A stretch of DNA of 63,862 nt, filler included, from Octopus bimaculoides (GCF_001194135.2; 7 parts of 7 records of this genome joined end to end with filler, not necessarily neighbours in it); one strand, 5' to 3'. Counted from the first letter of the whole stretch, positions 1-13,959 are shown. Notes: generated by a model not told the origin, from the letters alone. Numbers and translations are program-made.

Positions 1-37
<37 letters not shown>

Positions 38-609
38 ATATATATGCTTGAATACACGGGAGCACTTGCGCGCGCATGCACACGCACAATCGCATATAAG
101 ACAATGTAATGCATTTCCTGTGGTCTTAGAAGATTTGCTTAGATATTCAGATATTGAGATTATTACCACATACGTAAATAAATATATTACATACATCATA
201 CATATACATACACATACACACAAATACAGACCCCCACACACACATATATGTGTGTATGTATATATGTATGTGTGTGTGTATATATATACAGCGAGAGAAA
301 GAGAGAGAGAGAGAAAAGAGATACATGGTTATGAAGTCCCCTAGAATTGATTTCCTTATAAGATCCTTATTCATATCTATTGTTTGTTTAAATAATATTA
401 AAGAACAGGAAATCCGAAGGGAAAAATTGGAATTCCGAAAAGGAAAATATGTAAAATAGGATTCTGTTGTGAAATCTAGTCTTACCTTATGCTTGGTTTA
501 CCACTGCGATACCCCAGAGAACTTGTCTTCGACGAATTCTTTGGGTATCAGCTGGAACTATAGGGGCGTTGTTGCTTACATGAAGTCATTCATTTGTGCC
601 AAAAACAGG

Positions 610-711
<102 letters not shown>

Positions 712-988
712 AAAATGTGGATCTCTTTTACAAGGTTTCATTTATTTATGGTGAGAATGAATAGACCTAAGCAATGAAGACGAAATATCTGTAAGAAATA
801 TTCAGATTATTTTGTAGGGAAATTATTTCAGAGTCCGTCGGTATATTGGGAATAACGCTTTCATACTTCGCGTATGAATATATGTGTGCGTGCGTGCGTG
901 TGCATGTGTATGTACGTGTGTGTATGTCTGTGTGAGTGTGAATTCATGTCTCTACGCATGCACATTAATGTATTTATCCGTACGTAAG

Positions 989-1038
<50 letters not shown>

Positions 1039-1321
1039 TGTGTGTGTGCATGTTTATGTGTATTGGTGTATATTTGGATTTTATTTCGTATTCTTTGCAT
1101 TCATACTTAGAATAAGGCGTAGGTTTATATTTAACGAAGAAATATATCTATTCTAAGAATATAGACATCAATAAGTTACGTGTTAAAATACATGCTGGTC
1201 TTATGCAATGGAATTACGTAATCCGAATTTTCTGAAAAAAAAAGTAGCTTTTCGTATTCTTTCAAACTTTTATACCCACGCACCTCAATAATTACTGGTA
1301 CAAATGTAAATGTATAACGTA

Positions 1322-1705
1322 AGGTAAGGCTGTGTGGTAAAAGGTTTGTTTCATAACCATATAACGGTACCGAGATCAGGCCTACTGCGTGGCAGCAGGG
1401 TCAACTGTCTTCTACTGTACTTTTGGCCAACCAAAGCCTTGTAAGTGGATTTGGCAGATGGAAACTGGAAGAAGCCTGTCGTGTGAGTGTGCGTGTGTGT
1501 GTATCTGTTTGTCACCCACTTACACTTGACAACTAGTGTTAGTTTGTTTACGCTCCTGTAACTCAGCGGTTCGACCTAAAAGACCGATAGAATAAATTTT
1601 AAAAAAGTAAGTAATTACTGAGGTCGATTCTTTCGACTCAAATTCTTCAAAGTGGTACCCCAGTATGGCCGTAGTCGAATGAGTGAAACAAGTAAAAGAT
1701 AAAAG
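1322..1705 (+). mobile_element. SINE family A, old diverged full-length copy
   Basis: Same head, body and tail order; CpG sites decayed (GATGGAAAC, GGCCAACC). Confidence 0.85.
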
Positions 1706-1934
1706 TTCTATGGCATAGTGGTTAAGAGCGCGGGCTACTAACCCCAAGATCCCGAGTTTCAGCATCCATGGTTCCAATGTCATTCTTTAATCTTTAGTTA
1801 GTCAACATCTTCAACTCCACGATCAATCTTTATTCTTTTGCTATCTACTTCCATGATTTACTACATGTCGATATCTCACGTCCACGGACCACTTCTTTCT
1901 TTCGTTTTATTCGTGTCTGGACTGTCACATATTT

Positions 1935-2345
1935 GGACGGAATCGGATATCTAGCACTGGGTATTCGGGTATCCAGGCCTGGCTACTATTAAGACTGGGC
2001 GTTGTTTTTGGTAACCGAAACGGGGTGTTGTTCGGATATCCAGGTCTAGGTTTTGTTCGGGTATCCAAGATGGTGTGTTATCACGGAAACCAAATTTGGA
2101 GCTTGTTCGGGTATCGAAAACAGGATTTTGTCCGGGTATCAAAACCCGAGAGTTAGTCAAGTAAATAAAGTTGGCTATTGTCCAGGTATTCAGGAATGGT
2201 TGTTGTTTGAATATCCAGGAATTGTTGCTATTCGAATATCCATAACCGGAAGTTGTAAGAGTATCTAAAACTGGGTCTTGTTCGGGTATCCAGGACTGGG
2301 TGTTTTTCGGACATCCACAACAGGGTGTTATTCGGGTCTTTACGA
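1935..2345. repeat. Degenerate 25-bp minisatellite, roughly 16 units
   Basis: TTCGGRTATCC recurs at 2031, 2056 and 2281, 2306, 2331; consensus approx GGGTGTTGTTCGGGTATCCAGGACT. Confidence 0.85.
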
Positions 2346-2681
2346 ATGCCGAATGTGTTTTGATTAAATCTATTGTGGTGTCGATATCATCACAATATAC
2401 CAAACCCCACCCTATTCCTCATACAAATACTGGAGTAACCCCCACCACACTTGTTCACTTACTTCCTCCTCCTACACACCCTCCTCTCCATCTCATTCTC
2501 ATCATTCACCTCCGCCTCTCGCCTTTACCTTTCTCTTACTCATCTTTTTATCTCTGTACCCCCCCCCCCACCTTTGTGTGTATCTCATTATAGAAACTAG
2601 GTCATATAGAGGTGGGTGCACTTGCAAACAACACCACCATCACCATCACCCTGCCCCACTACACACACACACACACACACA

Positions 2682-2725
<44 letters not shown>

Positions 2726-3540
2726 NNNNNNNNNNNNNNNNNNNNNNNNNNNNNNNNNNNNNNNNNNNNNNNNNNNNNNNNNNNNNNNNNNNNNNNNNNN
2801 NNNNNNNNNNNNNNNNNNNNNNNNNNNNNNNNNNNNNNNNNNNNNNNNNNNNNNNNNNNNNNNNNNNNNNNNNNNNNNNNNNNNNNNNNNNNNNNNNNNN
2901 NNNNNNNNNNNNNNNNNNNNNNNNNNNNNNNNNNNNNNNNNNNNNNNNNNNNNNNNNNNNNNNNNNNNNNNNNNNNNNNNNNNNNNNNNNNNNNNNNNNN
3001 NNNNNNNNNNNNNNNNNNNNNNNNNNNNNNNNNNNNNNNNNNNNNNNNNNNNNNNNNNNNNNNNNNNNNNNNNNNNNNNNNNNNNNNNNNNNNNNNNNNN
3101 NNNNNNNNNNNNNNNNNNNNNNNNNNNNNNNNNNNNNNNNNNNNNNNNNNNNNNNNNNNNNNNNNNNNNNNNNNNNNNNNNNNNNNNNNNNNNNNNNNNN
3201 NNNNNNNNNNNNNNNNNNNNNNNNNNNNNNNNNNNNNNNNNNNNNNNNNNNNNNNNNNNNNNNNNNNNNNNNNNNNNNNNNNNNNNNNNNNNNNNNNNNN
3301 NNNNNNNNNNNNNNNNNNNNNNNNNNNNNNNNNNNNNNNNNNNNNNNNNNNNNNNNNNNNNNNNNNNNNNNNNNNNNNNNNNNNNNNNNNNNNNNNNNNN
3401 NNNNNNNNNNNNNNNNNNNNNNNNNNNNNNNNNNNNNNNNNNNNNNNNNNNNNNNNNNNNNNNNNNNNNNNNNNNNNNNNNNNNNNNNNNNNNNNNNNNN
3501 NNNNNNNNNNNNNNNNNNNNNNNNNNNNNTATATATATTT

Positions 3541-3915
3541 CACTCTGCTCCAGTAACCTCTTGTCGTTTCTTTGCACTTTGTCATGGCACCTTTCGTTGC
3601 ACCTTGTCTACACGAACCAGTTCTTCCACGCGGTACCACATTAGCCAGCACTCGATTCATGAACCGCAATTGTGCTGTTTTAACCATATCCCTTGCTCTC
3701 CACTTCCCACCTGTTCTGACCTGAATACCAGTTTTTGGGGGCTGTAGAAATCGTGATATTATGGCATCTTCCCTGCATGGGCCATCATGAATTCATTTTT
3801 TGGCTTCCAGCTGTAATTCTGCCCACAGTGGGTCACGCAGCTCTGCCTCTGAGAAGGTCATAATTTCCCTGCGAACCTGAAGATCCTTCTCCGATACCCT
3901 TCCTCTATAGACTCT
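3541..3915 (-). mobile_element. Non-LTR retrotransposon fragment resembling Hero-type (RLE-encoding) elements, post-RT region
   Basis: Translation TGIQVRTGGKWRARDMVKTAQLRFMNRVLANVVPRGRTG matches the GIxVRTGRKWRAxxAVxxAExRLxHxxLVGxVxxGRAG pattern I recall for Hero-like elements. Upstream ELQL..EFM.A also fits. Confidence 0.65.
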
Positions 3916-4077
3916 GATAACTCTTTTAACAAACATGACCGGGGAGACAGCTTGTTATACGCTACAAAATTCCAGCCTGAAAATTGATCCAAGAAGATCG
4001 GACTTGTTCAGTGCGAATAAGTGTATGCACGCGTACGTGAATTTGCTTATTTGCATGTGTGTGTGTTTGTGTGTTAA

Positions 4078-4368
4078 TGGCCTGACTCTCCGTCAGTCAC
4101 GACGACGAGCGTTCCACTTAACCCGATCAAACGAAGAGTCTGCTCGTGAAATTAACGTGCTGGTGGCTGAGTACTCCACAGACAGGCGTACTATTTAACG
4201 TAGTTCTCAAAGAAATTCAGTGTGATTCAGAAAGGGACAAAACCGGACCTTTGAAATACAGGCCCAGGAACATCTCTCTTTCGTCAGATGGATTGACCGG
4301 AGCAAAGTGATTGACCTGGAATCGTGGGCCGCCGAATACCCATAACCACAAAGCCACGTGCCTTCACC
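4078..4368 (-). mobile_element. SINE family B, diverged copy
   Basis: TGCTCGTGAAATTAACGTGCTGGTGGCTGAGTACTCCACAGACA shared with 24160-24205. Confidence 0.85.
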
Positions 4369-4370
4369 TG

Positions 4371-4406
<36 letters not shown>

Positions 4407-4894
4407 NNNNNNNNNNNNNNNNNNNNNNNNNNNNNNNNNNNNNNNNNNNNNNNNNNNNNNNNNNNNNNNNNNNNNNNNNNNNNNNNNNNNNNNNNNNNNN
4501 NNNNNNNNNACTCATATAGATATGGATGTATATTTTTCTTGATGTATATAAATGTGTGTGTGTATTTTTCTATGTATGTGTATGTATAGGTATACATATA
4601 TGCGTAGAGTGCGTGTATTTTTCTATGGATGCAGTGAATTTTGTTTGCTTTTTCTACGCTACACCTACATATACACACGAAATAATATATACATTTTTTT
4701 TGTTAAGGGGAGACCCTTGTATAAACACAATTCTAAATATTTAGATATCCTTTTAATGTAAATAATATATATTCATATACATATATGTGTGTCACTGTAC
4801 TTATATATAGCTTATATTTATGTATGTATTATATATATTATAAATATAGACAAGCATATATATACATATGTGTGTGTGTATATACCTATATTTA

Positions 4895-4954
<60 letters not shown>

Positions 4955-5205
4955 TGTATATATGTATGTATATATGTATGTATGTATGTATGTATGCATG
5001 TATGTATGTATGTGTATATAAACACGTACAAAATCACTTTTCATACATATATGGTTACATAGTTTGTTGACCACACCCTAAAGAGCGGGTGGATCTGAAG
5101 AAGTACTCATATACGTATGCGTGTATATGTATATATATATATATATTATATACTTATGTTTGTGCTTAGGTTTACGTCTTAAACACGACAACAACAACAA
5201 CAACA

Positions 5206-5292
<87 letters not shown>

Positions 5293-5844
5293 GTTATTAT
5301 TATTATNNNNNNNNNNNNNNNNNNNNNNNNNNNNNNNNNNNNNNNNNNNNNNNNNNNNNNNNNNNNNNNNNNNNNNNNNNNNNNNNNNNNNNNNNNNNNN
5401 NNNNNNNNNNNNNNNNNNNNNNNNNNNNNNNNNNNNNNNNNNNNNNNNNNNNNNNNNNNNNNNNNNNNNNNNNNNNNNNNNNNNNNNNNNNNNNNNNNNN
5501 NNNNNNNNNNNNNNNNNNNNNNNNNNNNNNNNNNNNNNNNNNNNNNNNNNNNNNNNNNNNNNNNNNNNNNNNNNNNNNNNNNNNNNNNNNNNNNNNNNNN
5601 NNNNNNNNNNNNNNNNNNNNNNTATATATGCCTATATTCATGACTTGTTCTCTATTTTCAACATCTCATATATATGTTGTTGGTCATTGTATTGTACTGT
5701 ACCCGTCTATAAATTAATCTGCAATACTTTACAATACTATAATGTACTGAACAGCTCGATGTTATATTTAACTGCATTCTAATATACGCTTCTATATCTT
5801 ACAATATTATATATTGTAGCATGCCGGGAGAAATGCATAGCGTG

Positions 5845-6425
5845 ATTTCTTCTCTTTTTGAGTTCTGAGTTCAAATTCCGCCTAGGTCGACTTTGCCTTT
5901 CATCCTTTTCGGTCGATAATTAAGCACCAGTTGCGTACTGGGTCGATCCAATCGACTGGTCCCCTCCCCAGAAATTTCGGGCTTTGTGCCTAGAGTAGAA
6001 AAGAATATTTATAAAAGCGGCGAGCTGGCAGAATCGTTAGCACGCCGGATGAAATGCTAAGCGGTATTTCGTCTGTCGTTACGTTCTGAGTTCAAATTTC
6101 GCCTAGGTCGACTTTGCCTTTCATGTTTTCGGCTTCAGCGGAATTTGAACTCAGAACGTAAAGACGGTCGAAATGCATTTTGTCCAGCATTGTAACGATT
6201 CTGGAAGCTCGCTTTATTCTTATTAATTATAATAATGGCTTCAAATTTTGGCAAATGGCCAGAAATTTCTGGGAAGGGGTAAATCGATTATGGTGACCAC
6301 AGTACTCAACAGGCAGTTATTTTACTGACCCTGAAAGCATGAAAAACAAACTCGACCACGGTGGAATTTGAACTCAGGACATAACACCCGAACAAATGTC
6401 GAGATGCTAACGATTCTGCTAGCTC
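5845..6425. mobile_element. Cluster of four SINE family C pieces (+5845-6003, +6015-6132, -6132-6215, -6235-6425)
   Basis: Repeated TTCTGAGTTCAAATT/CGCCTAGGTCGACTTTGCCTTTCAT on + and GGAATTTGAACTCAG on -. Confidence 0.88.
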
Positions 6426-8439
6426 ACTGCATTTGTATTCTTGTATGGAATCTCGTATGGAAATACTAAATTTCAAACTTTGTATTCACTGGCTTTTGGT
6501 ACTTTGAAGTTCTTACGCCGTTTTAGAGAAATAGCTGTAAGCAAGTGAGAACATCAATAATAATTTCAATTATTGCATAAGAATTTGGCTCAGAATATGG
6601 TAAACATGCAAATGTGTTCATTGGCACCAACAAGAAGAATTGTATTTACTGTCCGTTCTGTCTCGCCAATAGCCAGAACTAACTGATCAAAAATTCAACC
6701 GACAAAATGGACGAATATTTGTAAAGAAATTTCTTTTCATGTTTGAGTATTAGTTCTTGTGAAACGGACGTAATGTTTCTATCTGGTTGAGCTAAATGCA
6801 AACGGCCTGTAATTTAGGTGAAAATTGATTGAGAAGTTGAGATGTTCATGCTTTTCTCGCGTGTATTAGTCGTGTAATCAACTAAGAATTGAAACTGCTG
6901 CATAGACATAGATTTCCGAAAATTTATCACCCGCACTCCTTTAATCGACATTACGTGCAACCATGTCATGTTTTAAATTCTGGTCGACCGTGATCGAAAA
7001 GAACTTCGATCAAAAGTTTTTCCAGCCGTGACCATCCAGTCTATTTGTATATCTTACACTATATCATACAATATGTTCCTCCTTTTTATGACATCCAAGT
7101 GATATTTTAGAGAGATTTGGCTACTATTTCTAGTATGTCATGCGACGCTGAATAACCTCCCTCAATACTTGTCATCACAGTCCTTGAAGCTGCTGTTTTT
7201 CTTACCACTAATTCAGCTACGCAGCAAAGAATACCATGAGACTTCTAGTAAATCCACGAACCGCTTTTGATTCTAACTCTAATCGTTAACACTCATTGCT
7301 ACACAATCTTCATTATAAGAATCAAATTTTTGTTGTTAAACTATTCTTGTACACCTCCACTGACAGGACATCTCTTGTATCTGTATATAAAGGAAGCATC
7401 CATTCGTTTGGCCTCTTACTCGTTTCAGTGATCAGGTTTCGGAATAAACTCCGCTTTTCAGGTACAATAACGATTTTTTTTTCTACTAATAATGGTTTCG
7501 AAATTTAGAACAAGACAAGGAGGGTGTAAGTCTCTTACATCGACCCCAGTACTACACTGGTACTTACATTACGTTTCCTATTATTGACTATTTTCCATTC
7601 TCAGAAATTCAGAGAACAGGGAAATATGAAATAATGGCTTTCAGAGCTATCCAAATGCCCCTGTGTCAATCGGGACTTGAAACGAGGCTGCAGACATACG
7701 TGCGTCTATTGACTTCACTAATATCCAGTTTCTCCACTTATCTACATTGTATCAAATTATCGATTTGCCGAACTCTGAATTCCGCCATTTTGATTTCGAT
7801 TACTTCCGGAAATCAAATCATAATGTCCGAAGTATAAAATAGAATATCTAATTGTCCGGGAAAATTGTTTAAAATAAAAAATTATCTACATAAGATAATT
7901 ACTGCGGTTTTATGACAACTAGACGTTCGTCTGATTCTGCAGAATTCAGAACAAAACAAGAATAAAAGTTATTTAAATCTAAAACGAAAAACACAACAAT
8001 ATCACCACAAAATAATTATAATAAAGCGGAACGAACAACTAAAAAATGCGAAATTGAATAAACGAAACGAAAGACAAGAGAGATAACAAAAATTAAAATA
8101 AAACATCGAAAAAGAATCGAAGGATTATAAAAGTATTTTTAATAATGGTAAGGATGATAATATTGATTAAAAATATATAGATTTATATTCATAGATTTTT
8201 TTTTATATATTTATTCAACATTTCAATTTTTTTTTATTAATGACTTATAAAGGACAATAAAACAATTAGAAGAACGATCGATTTTCTAGACATATTTCTA
8301 AAATAACACGAATTCTTCAGTTCGTTTTGTTGTTGTTGTTGTTTTGTTGTCGTTGTCACGTGGTTTTCGTTGTTGTGTTGTTGTTATTACTCTTGACATG
8401 TTGTTGTTGTGTTAGCTGGGCATTCAATTGTTAGTGTTG

Positions 8440-8498
8440 TGCTTGCGCGCACGCGTGTGTGCATCTGTGTTTGTATGTGAGTGTGTGTGTATGTGTGT

Positions 8499-8543
<45 letters not shown>

Positions 8544-9012
8544 CGATGTTCCTCCGATTATTATTGTACTTATTATTATTATTATTATCATTTTTTAAAT
8601 TTTATTCCTGTTGTCATTGTTATCTCTACTCTCTTACTGTCCTGCTGTTGCTGATTCTCATCTGTGTGTGTGTGTGTGTGTATGTGTGTATGCATATGTG
8701 TCTATGTGTGCATGTATATATATATGTGTGTGTGTATGTATATATGTATGTGTGTGTATGTGTATGCATATATATGTGTGTGTGTGTATGTATATATATG
8801 TGTGTGTATGTATATATATATGCGTGTGTATGTGTGTGTTTGCATATATATGTGTATGTGTATGTATATGTATGTGTGTGTATGTATATACATATATCTG
8901 GGTGTGTATGTATGTGCACGTATGTATATATATATATATATATATATATGTCTGTGTTAGTGTGTGTATATCTATATATATATACGCGCGTGTCTGTGTA
9001 TGTGTGTGTATG

Positions 9013-9061
<49 letters not shown>

Positions 9062-9228
9062 ATGTGTGTGTGCGTGTGTATGTGTGTGTGTATGCGTGTG
9101 TATGTGTGTGTATGTGTGTGAATTTATATATAAACGCATATATATATGCATATACATATATGCATATATATATGTATGTATATATGTACATATATATGTA
9201 TATGTATATGTATGTATANNNNNNNNNN

Positions 9229-9270
<42 letters not shown>
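8440..9270. repeat. Compound (TG)/(TA) microsatellite field
   Basis: Directly visible; source of many spurious ORFs. Confidence 0.95.
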
Positions 9271-9277
<7 letters not shown>

Positions 9278-10359
9278 TGTTTTTTGATATGTTATTGGTG
9301 TTATTGTTATTGTTATAGTCGTCATTATTACAATGTGTTTTTATATATCATTGTCACAGGTATTGTTATTTGTGTCAACTGTTGATGTTGTTGTAGTTGT
9401 TGTTACTCTTATTTGTTGTTTCATTGCAGTAGTAGCATTGTTAGTACACGTTGCACGTCTTAAAACCTTCTATCCTTGGTCCGGCATCTCCCGAGATCTG
9501 GCACATTTATTAATTTTGCGTTTCATAATTTATATAACCAAAGCAAAAAAAAAAAAATGAAGGTTGTTTCGAACCAATACTAGTTGTATTTTGTNNNNNN
9601 NNNNTATATATATGCATATATATATACATATATATATCTGTGTGTGTTTGTGTGTGTACATATTTGTATATGTATGTATAAGTGGGATGAGGTGGTGGCA
9701 AGATTATGTGCAGAAAGGGGTACCCGTCAGGGGTCAGTTTCTGTTTTCCGGCATTTGTCCTGATTGGGGTATCACCGGGTCCCAAGGTTTCCGGATGTAA
9801 GAGGTCCAACTTGCATTTGCTGATTTACTATTGTGGTGTTTGTGTAGTGGCAGTGTGATGGCAGTGGTTGATTTCGTCCAATTGCAAACGACTTCAATAC
9901 TAATTAATAATAAAATATTGCATAAAAAAAGAACAAACATAAATACCATATAACACGCGAAACAAGACAAAATAAAACAATATGCTGTTAAATTTATTGG
10001 TTGTTCCTTAGTCAAGGATCAGCCAATCATAACAGACAACATATCACGTGACTGCTAGTTGATGATACACATTCTGACTGTTGTTTATTTATGGATGTTT
10101 ATGAATGTTGTTTATTAATTAAAGCTTCATTAATTAGCTTGTGTGTTTTCATTAATATGGTTTGACAATTTGTATGTTGTTTGATTGCTGAATTGCTGAA
10201 TTGCTGAATTGTTTGATGGTGTGTTTGTCTGCTTCTCTTCAGTCTCTTCAGAGATTTGTGGTTTTGTTGTTGTTGTTGTTGTTGTTGTTTGGTGGGGGGG
10301 GGGGAGGTTGTAATTTTTTTCGTTCATATTGTTGTGCAAACAATAATGCAGAAAGGTCA

Positions 10360-10379
10360 ATGATGATGATGATGACGCT

Positions 10380-10477
<98 letters not shown>

Positions 10478-10545
10478 GAATAATATCATTGGTGTTCTTG
10501 TTGATGATGGTGATGATGATGATGATGATGATGCTGATGAAGATG
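10360..10545. repeat. (AAT)n/(GAT)n microsatellite
   Basis: Directly visible. Confidence 0.95.
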
Positions 10546-10610
10546 ATAATAACGATGTTATTGCTGTTATTACTATTTTTGTTATTGATGTTGTTGTTCT
10601 TTTTGGGTAT

Positions 10611-10760
10611 TTACGTTCTGAGTTCAAATCACTCCAAGGTCAACATTGTATCCCATCCCGCCCCAGAGTCAATAAAATAAAGTACCAGCCCTGTATCGGG
10701 TTCCAGGTATCAGCTAATCGATTTCCTTCAAAATTGTTGGCTTTGTACCTGAAACAAAAA
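10611..10760 (+). mobile_element. SINE family C, 5'-truncated
   Basis: TACGTTCTGAGTTCAAATCACTCCAAGGTCAAC..AAAGTACCAG. Confidence 0.75.
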
Positions 10761-10966
10761 ATCATCATTATTATATCATAATTATAACTATAAGTTTCTC
10801 TTCCCTCTTTCAATTCCGTTCTCATTTCTTGCCGAGTATCTTCCCGACACCTAGGGCAAAGAAACTCACTGAATACATTGATAGGTCATTAAACCAAACA
10901 CACTGGATTGTTCATTTTCAAAATGAAATGAAGTTATGTGGAAAAAAATTAAAATACTACTACTGC

Positions 10967-11032
<66 letters not shown>

Positions 11033-12663
11033 CATCATCATCATCATCATCATTATCATTTCATTGTTCGTATTCTCATCACATGTTTTCCTTGCACAAA
11101 CGAAGCGCAACTTTGTATTTGCATTTTCCCCTACCTGCATTGCTCAGATTTAATACATTATTATTATTATTATTATTTTAAAAATCACTATTATTGTTAA
11201 TATTAATGACAATGCCACGACACCATTCAACTACAGCATGCAAGGCAGACCACCAGATAATACATGATAAGCCTCACATTATTTCCTATGACAAACACAA
11301 TAGCATACTGTTTTTTTTATCGAAATAGCAACTCCAAAGTACAACAATAGTGTGTAGAAGCGCGATGAGAAGCTAAGAACATTTTCCGACAGATCTGTTG
11401 AACTAAAAACAATATGGTAGTCAGATAAAGTGACTATCGTCTTGTTTATAATATTGTAATAGACATAATTGGAGTGGTACACAGCTGTTAATGTAGAGTA
11501 ATTGTTAAATTACCTTTAAGGATGGACATGCGCACGTTCGAGATAATTATAATGCAAGGATCTATAAATATTAGCATTTTTATAAATGTTTTCCAAGATG
11601 TACCAAATTCTCTGAGCATTAAATTGGCAGATTATTTAAAGCATCGAATATGTTCTCCCGTATTTAATCAGGATTTTGAGGACTGAGTTCAAATCTTGCC
11701 GTGGTCAAGTGAGCTTTTGCGTTCTGTAAGGGTCGATATTAAAGTTAAAGATATGTAAAGTGGACTGGCAGAACGTTCAAGTTCAAATCCCATGTTTGTC
11801 ACCGGAATAAATAAAAACGAAAAACAAAAGCCAACCGTTCTGAGATCGCCAAGAGTGGGGATCGGCCAGAGAAGATTTTAAGCAATTGCCTATTTTTTTT
11901 TTTTTAGCTGATTATTCTCACTCACCAAGTCAACATTGAAGCATGTAAGGGAACTTCAATCTACATATGTATGTATGTATGTATGTATGTATGTTATCAA
12001 TCAGTTTCATTTCTGTATTTCTTGTCCATAGAGAAAGAGCCGGACTCTAACATAGATTCAAGGCTCCTTCATTGGAACTTTTATCAACATCATCTAGGTA
12101 TTTGTGCATATGTGTGTGTGTGTGTGTGTGTGCAGTATTTGGTGTTAGTGTATGCATGTATGTATGTATGTATGTATTATGTATGTATGTATGTGTGTGT
12201 TTATGTTTCCGAGGTATGAATCAATTAGCCGTGCTACGAGATGTGTTGGTTTCGACGATCTGCATGTTTCTCTTGTGTGGCTACTCGTGTTTCCTACTCT
12301 ACGTATGTTCGTGTGATGTCTACTAGTAACAGAGGTGTTTATAAATGTACTGTTTATAAATACGTGCGAATGTATAAGTTTATTGATGCTAGTTTACGAC
12401 TGCTAATAAACATGTTAGAATTACTCATACAAGCACACAGACACACACATACATACATACTACACACATACATACATAGAGACATACGTACATACATACA
12501 TGTGAAGGTAGGTGTTAGTGTGAGCTTGCGGGCAGTTGGAAAATACGTTTGTATATAAACACATATTTGGGATTGTCTTTATTAAGACTTGAGTTCAACG
12601 TATCTATTCAGCTCATTTGTTTATTTATACACACTCCTATGGATATATATTTACACACACACA

Positions 12664-12750
<87 letters not shown>

Positions 12751-13065
12751 NNNNNNNNNNNNNNNNNNNNNNNNNNNNNNNNNNNNNNNNNNNNNNNNNN
12801 NNNNNNNNNNNNNNNNNNNNNNNNNNNNNNNNNNNNNNNNNNNNNNNNNNNNNNNNNNNNNNNNNNNNNNNNNNNNNNNNNNNNNNNNNNNNNNNNNNNN
12901 NNNNNNNNNNNNNNNNNNNNNNNNNNNNNNNNNNNNNNNNNNNNNNNNNNNNNNNNNNNNNNNNNNNNNNNNNNNNNNNNNNNNNNNNNNNNNNNNNNNN
13001 NNNNNNNNNNNNNNNNNNNNNNNNNNNNNNNNNNNNNNNNNNNNNNNNNNNNNNNNNNNNNNNNN

Positions 13066-13123
<58 letters not shown>

Positions 13124-13877
13124 TGTTTTTGCATAATCTACGCGCATATCTGGTGTTGTATGTTGTTGGTTGGTGCTGTTGGTTGTTGTTTTTGCTGTTT
13201 TTTGTTGTTGTTTAGCCCCGGGCCTGTCCAGTAAGGACACTCTAACAGTTAGAGAGATCTAACTAGAGTCCACCGATAAAACTTCATGACTAGATCATTC
13301 CTACCAATTGCACAATGTCTCTAACAAGGAAGTTGGGATTTATAGTGGTGGTGGTGGTAGTGGTTATTCTTGTTGTAGTGGTGGTGGTGGTGGTGGTAGT
13401 TGTTGTTGTGGTGGTGGTTGTTGTTGTGTGGTGATGGTTGTTGTTGTTGTTGTGGTGGTGGTTGTTGTGTGGAGGTGGTTGTTGTTGTTGTGGTGGTGTG
13501 GGAGGTAACGCTGACGGTGTACTTGCTGAACTCCAGGCTCGTCGTGACAACCCCATCTGTTTTTGTAGGTGAGGGTCTACATTTTCCAGCGTTTCTTCAC
13601 GATAATTTGTATGTCATTTCTAGCATGCTGCTTGACAACGCAGATGTTAGGTTCTTCACAGTCTACGGTTTCATTGCTATATATCAGAGTACAATATGGT
13701 ATCTATGTAGACAGAGTCTCACATATACAGAGTACAATGTGGTACTCAGCTAGATGGAGACTATCATGCGACTATAAAAAACATAACATGCTTGAAGAAA
13801 GACCCCTTGGAAGAACTGGAACAGTAACCCCTCCCACCCACCTTAAGAATGAGTTATTCTTTTCTCTTCTTCTCCAG

Positions 13878-13950
13878 GCACATGGCCCGAAATTTGGGGG
13901 CAGGAGGAAAGTCGATTACATCGACTCCAATACGCAACTGGTGCTTATAC
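13878..13950 (-). mobile_element. SINE family C, 3' end
   Basis: GGCCCGAAATTTGGGGG..GTCGATTACATCGACTCCAATACGCAACTGGTGCTTA. Confidence 0.75.
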
Positions 13951-13959
13951 GCAACTGGC

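Noticed and set aside
1708-1770. tRNA-like sequence with A/B boxes (also the heads at 24400-24478 and 26175-26235)
   Set aside because: No complete cloverleaf; these are SINE heads.
1935-2345. CRISPR-like appearance of conserved core plus variable spacer
   Set aside because: Eukaryotic context, units are homologous throughout their 25 bp, and no cas genes are present.
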